This document shows positions 57,689 to 64,000 of a stretch of DNA of 64,000 nucleotides, one piece after another (position 1 is the first letter of the stretch; the number at the start of each line of letters is the position of its first letter). The notes beneath the pieces were generated by a model that worked only from the letters and a program-made list of their open reading frames with translations, was not told the origin of the DNA and searched no databases. A program made the translations under genes and the position numbers. The DNA lies in the IMG/VR virus record IMGVR_UViG_3300025066_001240; one strand, written 5' to 3'. The stretch comes from an uncultured virus (IMG/VR IMGVR_UViG_3300025066_001240) (taxonomy: Duplodnaviria; Heunggongvirae; Uroviricota; Caudoviricetes).

Positions 57689-57752
57689 AGGTACCTGAGG
57701 GAATCGAACCCCGTTACAAAGGTGCTGCTCTACCTAATTGAGCTAAGGTACC
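57689..57752 (-). pseudogene. tRNA-Thr(TGT) with deletion of the 3' anticodon strand and variable loop
   Basis: GGTACCT/AGGTACC acceptor, intact D arm, GCACC-TTTGTAA followed directly by the T arm. Confidence 0.7.
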
Positions 57753-57769
57753 AAGTTAGGCTAAAAGCC

Positions 57770-58177
57770 TCACAAATCACAATTCTTCTTCTCATCGAGG
57801 AACTTCTGGATTAGTTGTCCAGCGACCCCTTTCATCGTGGTCTTTCCCCTATCAGTTAGCTCGTAGTGGAATTCACCTTCCGGACCAATCAACTGATCAA
57901 TCAAACCCTTCTCCATGAGACCTTTAAGGGTTTCGTCCACCGCGTTGGAGACAGAATCATATGTTAGAGTCATTTGTTTCAAACCAATAGGGTCAGCATC
58001 AACCTCGTACTCAAGGGCCTCAAAAATCACTTCGTCTGGATTAACGTTTAGTTTTTCTAGCCTCTCAATCCACTCCATAGCCAACTCAGCATCCTCGTAA
58101 ACCCCAAGGGGATCAACGCTGACGGTAAGACCGTTGTCCTCTATCTTCACAAGAATGTAGACAATTTCTCCTGACAT
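57770..58177 (-). CDS. Hypothetical protein, winged-helix-like C-terminus
   Basis: LKGLMEKGLID..YELTDRG. Confidence 0.6.
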   Translation of the reverse strand: MSGEIVYILVKIEDNGLTVSVDPLGVYEDAELAMEWIERLEKLNVNPDEVIFEALEYEVDADPIGLKQMTLTYDSVSNAVDETLKGLMEKGLIDQLIGPEGEFHYELTDRGKTTMKGVAGQLIQKFLDEKKNCDL

Positions 58178-58270
58178 TATTATAATCTCCTAAGAAATTC
58201 ACGTCTGCCGTATGTTATACACAAAAACCACTAAGAATCGTCAATTTACCTAAAAAAGACAAAGTACCCT

Positions 58271-58894
58271 CTAACTGCCTGTTGTCAAGTGTCTCGCATG
58301 AATCCTTTGTACCATTGTTAAAAATTGCGAAGTCGTCAAGCCCCTCTTCGCCAGATTGCAATCCTCACAAGAAGTTCTACAATTACCTTCTACATACCCC
58401 TTAGAGTTATCGATCCTGTCTATGCCGGATAGACTCCTCCTTGAATAACTAGCACCTCCAGTTTGTCTGGATCTATTATTAGAAGGCTCTAGTCCACAAT
58501 ACCAGCAATCTTTAGTTACAAATGATTTAAACTGATCAAACGATAATTCAAAGTCCCAGCCCTTCTTTTTACATTTACTCTTGTAGTTGGAATATACTAT
58601 TGCTGTATGTCTGTCAATGTCGTTGTCGTATTTTAGTCCGTTTTGGTTCCCAAGAAGCCTACTAGACTTACAATCGTTACAACATATTGTATTTCTACTC
58701 ACGGTTGCCTTAGCTATAAGGACTCGACGGGTGAACTCTTGACACTTGCCACAAGAGCACCTACATAAGTACAAATAGTCGTACCTGTGTTTTCCCCATG
58801 TTGCTTTGGGACGGACCGCACCTACGTATGTTTCTACGGTAAGTTCTCCAACGGTGAAACCAAGTAACTCTTCAGCCTTTTCGTTGTCCAACAT
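58271..58894 (-). CDS. HNH homing endonuclease
   Basis: CRCSCG; CWYCG..GIDRIDNSKGYVEGNCRTSCEDCNLAK. Confidence 0.88.
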   Translation of the reverse strand: MLDNEKAEELLGFTVGELTVETYVGAVRPKATWGKHRYDYLYLCRCSCGKCQEFTRRVLIAKATVSRNTICCNDCKSSRLLGNQNGLKYDNDIDRHTAIVYSNYKSKCKKKGWDFELSFDQFKSFVTKDCWYCGLEPSNNRSRQTGGASYSRRSLSGIDRIDNSKGYVEGNCRTSCEDCNLAKRGLTTSQFLTMVQRIHARHLTTGS

Positions 58895-58960
58895 ATCAGC
58901 AATTCCTCGTGTTTAATACAGTTTTAAATATGTGATGTTACTGTATTATACACCAAAATA

Positions 58961-59596
58961 TCACGAATTTCGCTTAGAAAATGCTTCTAAAGTGAATTTG
59001 AAGGGATTTCCCTCAATTTTTTCTACCAAACTAAGCATTTCTTGAGCTACCCCTCTTATCTCTAATTGGGCATGTTCAGAGTTTCTTAACTTTTGGAAAT
59101 TCGCGAAACTCCGCATGTTAAACGTCACGTCAGCCTGAATCTGGCTATTGTACGTCTTAAAAAACCGTGCCGACTCTTTAGCTCGCTTGCGACCCAACTC
59201 TTCCGTTAGTTCCTCCAAACAGTGGTGGTACAGTTCATTACCGGCATCCGTGTAGTCCTTGAGCGTGTCCTGCCACTTCTGAGGCCAATCCTCCGGGATG
59301 TAGCACTTATCCTCCTTTAACTCTTTGTAACGTGCTGATTCTCCGTTAAAACTGCTGATGCGATGTTTTAGCAGATGAATGTGCGTAGCCTGCTCTACAT
59401 TTACTAGGAAGTGAACGATACCCTTTTCGAATGGAGTTTCATGTCCGTTGGCCCAAAGCGTCTCTATCATAGCTGGTATTCTTGCTTTCTTTTCGTCCGT
59501 CAAATTTCTACTAGTGCTTGTCCAAGCCGAACACGCTATCACCTCGTCAGAACCGTAGTGTCCAAGTAGTTCTACTTTGTTTTTAAGCTGTCCCAT
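58961..59596 (-). CDS. thyX: FAD-dependent thymidylate synthase
   Basis: GHETPFE, KHRISSFNGESARY, ESARFF, LRNSEHAQLEIR. Confidence 0.92.
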   Translation of the reverse strand: MGQLKNKVELLGHYGSDEVIACSAWTSTSRNLTDEKKARIPAMIETLWANGHETPFEKGIVHFLVNVEQATHIHLLKHRISSFNGESARYKELKEDKCYIPEDWPQKWQDTLKDYTDAGNELYHHCLEELTEELGRKRAKESARFFKTYNSQIQADVTFNMRSFANFQKLRNSEHAQLEIRGVAQEMLSLVEKIEGNPFKFTLEAFSKRNS

Positions 59597-59682
59597 TCTA
59601 TTTTATATTCCTCTGTTTCTTTGTTAAAGGTAATATTATACACAAAAATGGCCTTCAACCCGAATCTGCTGTACTCATATCT

Positions 59683-60282
59683 TCAGACATTCCACTTCTC
59701 CTGAATAAACCAGTTGTCAAACTCACTCTGAACCATAACCACGCCCGGCTTGTTACCCATATAGTATATCGGCTTGATCAACCGTTCAACTTTAGCATAA
59801 TTATAGAATTCTTCAACTTTATCGGGAAACATGATTCCCCATTTGATTTCTCCAGCATTTACCTTCGCCTCAATCCTGACCAAGTGCTTATCTAAGTCGT
59901 GATCCTTGGGTTTTCTCAAGTCCACCCCACACCGCACAGAGTTGTAGATAAACAGAATAGCGGCTCCCTCTCGGATATACGCCTTCAGGTCATTCTCTTT
60001 GAGGGTGAACTTCCCCGCCGTTGGAACCCACTTCATTTCGATTGGCAGATCTGATCGCTTGCGGAAGTCATATTTAATATCCGCCATGAAATCGGCTCCT
60101 GCGGTATTGCCGCTCGCGATAAACTCACCGCCGTTCCCACATCCATTATCCCTTGGGTTCTCCACGACGCCGTCGTCAAGTTGATCCAACCAAGCGTTCC
60201 ACCAATAGTTCTCCAACAGTGTTGTAAATTTGATATCACGTTTAAAGGTATCCTTTGTTCTGTTGTCAAATCTACTATTCAT
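59683..60282 (-). CDS. Hypothetical protein, possible PD-(D/E)XK fold
   Basis: ADF..IEMK motif; start at MNSRFDNR. Confidence 0.55.
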   Translation of the reverse strand: MNSRFDNRTKDTFKRDIKFTTLLENYWWNAWLDQLDDGVVENPRDNGCGNGGEFIASGNTAGADFMADIKYDFRKRSDLPIEMKWVPTAGKFTLKENDLKAYIREGAAILFIYNSVRCGVDLRKPKDHDLDKHLVRIEAKVNAGEIKWGIMFPDKVEEFYNYAKVERLIKPIYYMGNKPGVVMVQSEFDNWFIQEKWNV

Positions 60283-60493
60283 CCCATTTCTCCGGGTCCA
60301 TACATTCTTCGTAGCCGTCCTGCCACCTCTGAAACATAACATCATCATCTTCTTCGATGAAGCAGACCATAAACTCCTGCTCAAACGCTGACCAGAGTTC
60401 TTCGGGGAATGTTATATGCACTCCATTGTCATCGACAACATGCGTATGCTTCTTTAGCATTTCTTGGTACGCTTCTTTGAGATCATGAAACAT
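60275..60493 (-). CDS. Hypothetical protein
   Basis: 72-aa acidic coupled ORF. Confidence 0.55.
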   Translation of the reverse strand: MFHDLKEAYQEMLKKHTHVVDDNGVHITFPEELWSAFEQEFMVCFIEEDDDVMFQRWQDGYEECMDPEKWDE

Positions 60494-60755
60494 TTTTAGT
60501 TTCCTCTGCTAATGTATCGCGAATGGCACATTGATATAGAACACCCTGCTCCCAACCATTCCAGTGGCGACGGTTTCGCGTACCATTTAGTATCATCTCT
60601 TCAATTTTTTCAAGGAACCCCGCAGTGAATTTCTCCATCAGGTTGGCTATGTCTTGAGTTGAGTCGCTCCAGCCCTCGCCTCTTTCGTCATCACGCTGTT
60701 TGATGCAGTCCACTGCTAGTTTGTTTAAGACCGTTTGTTTTGGTATTTTAGACAT
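60483..60755 (-). CDS. Hypothetical protein
   Basis: 90-aa coupled ORF. Confidence 0.55.
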   Translation of the reverse strand: MSKIPKQTVLNKLAVDCIKQRDDERGEGWSDSTQDIANLMEKFTAGFLEKIEEMILNGTRNRRHWNGWEQGVLYQCAIRDTLAEETKNVS

Positions 60756-60940
60756 TATTCCTCCCAGTCAACGGCTATTTGTAAGTAAACTTCAATTTCC
60801 TCAACATCTTCGTTCTCATGGAGGTATCTGGCATAATCGACAGCTTCATCCTCACATAAGAAAGAGCGTTCTTTTGTTTCCCAATCGGCTCCTGCTAACC
60901 CAGCATCAAACCAATCGTGCCACTTAACTAAGTATTTCAC
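60755..60940 (-). CDS. Hypothetical protein
   Basis: 61-aa acidic ORF with GGAG RBS. Confidence 0.55.
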   Translation of the reverse strand: MKYLVKWHDWFDAGLAGADWETKERSFLCEDEAVDYARYLHENEDVEEIEVYLQIAVDWEE

Positions 60941-60989
60941 GTTATTTCATCTCCAAATGCTACTCATAGTCAAACCACTCCTTTAAACA

Positions 60990-61214
60990 TTACCAACCCC
61001 TTTTCTTTCCAGTGACTTCTTTGAGGGCGTTGATAGCATCTCCGAAGTATTTGAACTGAGTTTTTGTTAGGGCAATCTGTTCACCCAACTTTTCCAGATC
61101 CTGCATAGCCTTGTCAACCAAGACCAGCCCAGTAGAGAGACCTGCTCTCCACTCTTGTATCTCTGCTTCTTCCAGTGCTTGTGCTTTTCTACCGCAACCC
61201 ATTAGTCTCTCCAA
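60990..61214 (-). CDS. Hypothetical protein
   Basis: 74-aa ORF below promoter 61284..61311. Confidence 0.5.
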   Translation of the reverse strand: MERLMGCGRKAQALEEAEIQEWRAGLSTGLVLVDKAMQDLEKLGEQIALTKTQFKYFGDAINALKEVTGKKRGW

Positions 61215-61283
61215 AAATTGACAACTTCAACACCCAACTTTTTTGCTTCCCCAACGGTATACAGTCTTCGGGACACTCACTAC

Positions 61284-61311
61284 AGTATAACACTCATATC
61301 GGCTTTGTCAA
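61284..61311 (-). promoter_or_regulatory. Sigma70-type promoter
   Basis: TTGACA-16nt-TATACT. Confidence 0.65.
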
Positions 61312-61429
61312 GAAGTTAAATCCACAAAACTTGGCAAAATGCAAAGTATTATCAGGACTTGTCGGACCCATCCACAGTTGACCCTCACTATCTACCCACA
61401 TTGCCGGGTCTTCGTATGTGGTATTGTCT

Positions 61430-61663
61430 TTAAACTTCCTCACGGTCTGCCTCGGTGTATTCCAGTTTCCTAACCCATTCAGCTACGTGGGTATCCTCAG
61501 GGTCAGCATGATCACGAATCCAATCGACAGCAGCACTAATAGCTGCGTTCCACGTTTCAATACAAAGGGTTCCCTCGCTCAGACCCGTCTCTGGCGTTGG
61601 GTTCAGAGGGCCACGCCAGCCGCTATCTTCTCGCCAGAACTTATTAAGTGGGTGCTCATTCAT
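61430..61663 (-). CDS. Hypothetical protein
   Basis: 77-aa coupled ORF. Confidence 0.55.
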   Translation of the reverse strand: MNEHPLNKFWREDSGWRGPLNPTPETGLSEGTLCIETWNAAISAAVDWIRDHADPEDTHVAEWVRKLEYTEADREEV

Positions 61664-62142
61664 TTTAATTCACCTTTCATCCATTCGCCCCTCGTTACCT
61701 TAGCGGCGACCTTGTTTCTGTAATTACTCCAGTCGTAATCGTCTGTTGGAGTTTCAATGAAGTACAACTCGTCACCCATAAATAGGTAGTCATCAGGTTT
61801 GATCATCGCGGCTTCCGTTAGGGTCACATTACACATGCGAACATGACCCCATAGACTGACATATCTTTGACCTGCAAACATTGACGAACCTCCCTCTGTT
61901 ACTATACCGTCGTGAAAAACTTTACCGCTAGGGTCAACATGAACCCTGCCGGTAATCCCAGCCATCCCAGATTCCACTATGTCACCGGCTAGGTGTTTGA
62001 TAAGCACAGTACGAGGCCCAACTACGTGAGCACCGTGAGCAACAATATAAGCGTCGATTGCTGTCGCCACCTCGTCAGCACTTAGATGGATATCAACTCC
62101 GGGACCATATGCGGACACCCCTTTACCTTGTTCAATTTTCAT
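61660..62142 (-). CDS. Hypothetical protein, probably leaderless mRNA
   Basis: 160 aa; ATG 6 nt below TATAAT. Confidence 0.65.
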   Translation of the reverse strand: MKIEQGKGVSAYGPGVDIHLSADEVATAIDAYIVAHGAHVVGPRTVLIKHLAGDIVESGMAGITGRVHVDPSGKVFHDGIVTEGGSSMFAGQRYVSLWGHVRMCNVTLTEAAMIKPDDYLFMGDELYFIETPTDDYDWSNYRNKVAAKVTRGEWMKGELK

Positions 62143-62148
62143 ACCCTT

Positions 62149-62176
62149 ATTATACCTTTCGTTTGGTGAATGTCAA
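62149..62176 (-). promoter_or_regulatory. Sigma70-type promoter
   Basis: TTGACA-16nt-TATAAT. Confidence 0.75.
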
Positions 62177-62217
62177 CCCTGACTCTTTATGGATCAACTA
62201 CCACATGTTCCACTTGC

Positions 62218-62457
62218 TCATTTCTTAATCCCAATCTTTGCTAGTATGTTGTTCTTAAATGAAACCGTCAAATGTCTCTGGTCATCAACTACATAACCAA
62301 TCACACAACCGTAGTAGTAGTCGCAATCGTTCTTCTCGTTGTAGATCTTCTCAGCCTCACAAGGGTCTTCAGCGTCAATCAGTTGACCGTGACTGTACTC
62401 AATTCTTGGGTGTTCCATTGCACCGCCCGTCTGTAATGCTACGATGTACTTAGTCAT
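62218..62457 (-). CDS. Hypothetical protein
   Basis: 79-aa ORF. Confidence 0.55.
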   Translation of the reverse strand: MTKYIVALQTGGAMEHPRIEYSHGQLIDAEDPCEAEKIYNEKNDCDYYYGCVIGYVVDDQRHLTVSFKNNILAKIGIKK

Positions 62458-62497
62458 TCGTATTTCCCTTTCAGTTCTTCAAGTTGTTTGAGTTCGC

Positions 62498-62974
62498 TCA
62501 TAATATAACATCTTTCCAGTCAGTACAATACTGACCCCAATACTGACGACTATCAACATCGATTATTTGTACGTCCCACTGGTTAACGTCTGGCGAAGGG
62601 TATTCCTCATATAGAGACTCACAGTAATCAACCTCTTCAACAAGATGGCACATGATGTTCTCCATGAAGAACTCAATCTCGTTCTCATAGTTTTTTAGTG
62701 AGCAGGAGAATGTCCACCACTCACCGTCAAACTCAGAGCCGCCCTCTTTAGGTCCGTACTCGTCTCGTGAAGGCTCGAAGGGTTCCCCGAAGTCATCTGG
62801 CATGTACGCCAGCACCCCAAAAGGAATGAACCCACAGCGACCGTGCATGATCCAGTCGATGACGTTGGGAACACTTACGACGGTCCAATCACCATAATCG
62901 TGTAGCTTTTTGATCGCATCACGATGCTCTGGCTTGATCTTGACCCTCGACCTTACACCCGTATACATTCCCAT
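62498..62974 (-). CDS. Hypothetical phage protein
   Basis: MGMYT..SLKNYENEIEFF..YEE; GGGAG RBS. Confidence 0.65.
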   Translation of the reverse strand: MGMYTGVRSRVKIKPEHRDAIKKLHDYGDWTVVSVPNVIDWIMHGRCGFIPFGVLAYMPDDFGEPFEPSRDEYGPKEGGSEFDGEWWTFSCSLKNYENEIEFFMENIMCHLVEEVDYCESLYEEYPSPDVNQWDVQIIDVDSRQYWGQYCTDWKDVIL

Positions 62975-63452
62975 TAATTGTCTCCCTTGTGAAACCTATA
63001 TCTAATTCCGAAACAAATCCTCTGTGCGTACCGACTACGTTTATACCTGTGAAGAACTAGGTAGCCCCCACAGATACATTGGTAGTGTTAGTGAACAGTG
63101 TGGTCTTTAATACTGGTGGAATACGGTGCTAACAGCGAAACAATGCTTTTCTTCACAGGTCTAGGGTGTCACGCTAAGACAGTGCCTAGTTTTTAGGGTT
63201 GCCACACCTTGGAGCGGTCGGTCGCTCTCCGGTTATTCACTCTTTCACAATGGGTAAGAACGAGAAACTTCACCCTATTACGTTTTTGGTACGAATTCTT
63301 GTGAATCGATAATTCGGGACTACCATAATTATCTAATACCGCTTGAGGATTATAGTGCCGAGACACCTATTCCCCAAACGATACTTATCACTTAGACAGA
63401 ACTGTGACAAAGTATGCCCTGAAGACATGTCTGTGACACAACTTTGACATTA

Positions 63453-63998
63453 CTATACCTCTAAGATGTTGCCATTACTACTTAATTCCCCAATTTTATC
63501 ATCGGTAACACAACTGCCGTTGCTGAAGGTAGTTATTAATTGAGGTAACTTCATAGTTCCGGCATTATTGATCAACTTCATAGTTCCGGCATTATTGATC
63601 AACTTCGCATTGTGAACGTGACCGAAGCAGTGAGCTATCGGCTCGACCTCCCAGATTCGCCTCAGGAGGCTCTTACAGCCAACCTGTACCAAACCACCCT
63701 CCATCGCTTCTGTGAGGTCTAAGACCGTCTGTGGAGGCCCGTGACTGATTACAACGTCCGAATCAAGAGGTATGGTATTCCAAACCCTCCCAATCTTGTG
63801 ACGTGCCATCATAAAGTGCCAGTCCCCAAATGTGGGAGTGTAAGGACTGCCCCAAATCTTGAGACCCTCGATTTTACGGAAGTCATTTTCAAGATAAGTA
63901 ATTCCCAACTTCTCTATGTCTTCAGCGTAGACCATGCGTTGGGCGACTGCCGCATCATGGTTGCCAGCCACGAGCACCTTGTGCTTAATGGGCAGCAT
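63453..63998 (-). CDS. Calcineurin-like metallophosphoesterase (5' truncated by window edge)
   Basis: VAGNHD, WGSPY, SHGPP, FGHVH. Confidence 0.88.
   Translation of the reverse strand: MLPIKHKVLVAGNHDAAVAQRMVYAEDIEKLGITYLENDFRKIEGLKIWGSPYTPTFGDWHFMMARHKIGRVWNTIPLDSDVVISHGPPQTVLDLTEAMEGGLVQVGCKSLLRRIWEVEPIAHCFGHVHNAKLINNAGTMKLINNAGTMKLPQLITTFSNGSCVTDDKIGELSSNGNILEV
63547..63606. repeat. Perfect 27-nt tandem duplication inside the phosphoesterase gene
   Basis: AACTTCATAGTTCCGGCATTATTGATC x2, giving KLINNAGTM twice. Confidence 0.95.
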
Positions 63999-64000
63999 CT

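Noticed and set aside
63030..63045. HEARO/omega-RNA suggested by GACTACGTT
   Set aside because: Only a 9-nt match, and no IscB/TnpB/RRXRR ORF is adjacent.

Overview
This window looks like part of a large tailed-phage (jumbo/large myovirus-like) genome. It has dense, mostly minus-strand, translationally coupled ORFs in the standard bacterial code, and no rRNA or CRISPR array. The host is unknown; a Planctomycetota-like host is only a guess from protein styles. From left to right: (1) a plus-strand probable virion gene and a large homing-type endonuclease, ending at a bidirectional terminator; (2) a ~20 kb run of 24 genes dominated by glycosyltransferases, NDP-sugar enzymes and methyltransferases, with no visible flippase or polymerase; (3) a replication/recombination block with an intein-free split DnaE, DnaQ-like exonuclease, primase, DnaB, RecA, a PD-(D/E)XK nuclease, dNMP kinase, PhoH and MazG, interrupted by a second GT/sulfotransferase islet and by HNH genes and stubs; (4) an internally deleted mini-NrdB; (5) a candidate lysis/envelope cassette built from a holin-like protein, a papain-like protease, a thioredoxin and a TM-PAS protein, with no recognisable muramidase; (6) a sigma factor and SSB; (7) an RNA-rich region with a compact tmRNA, four intact tRNAs, broken tRNAs, several tRNA-like RNAs with enlarged arms and other structured ncRNA candidates; (8) thyX and many small hypothetical genes. 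All calls come from motif recognition by eye; no database search was run.
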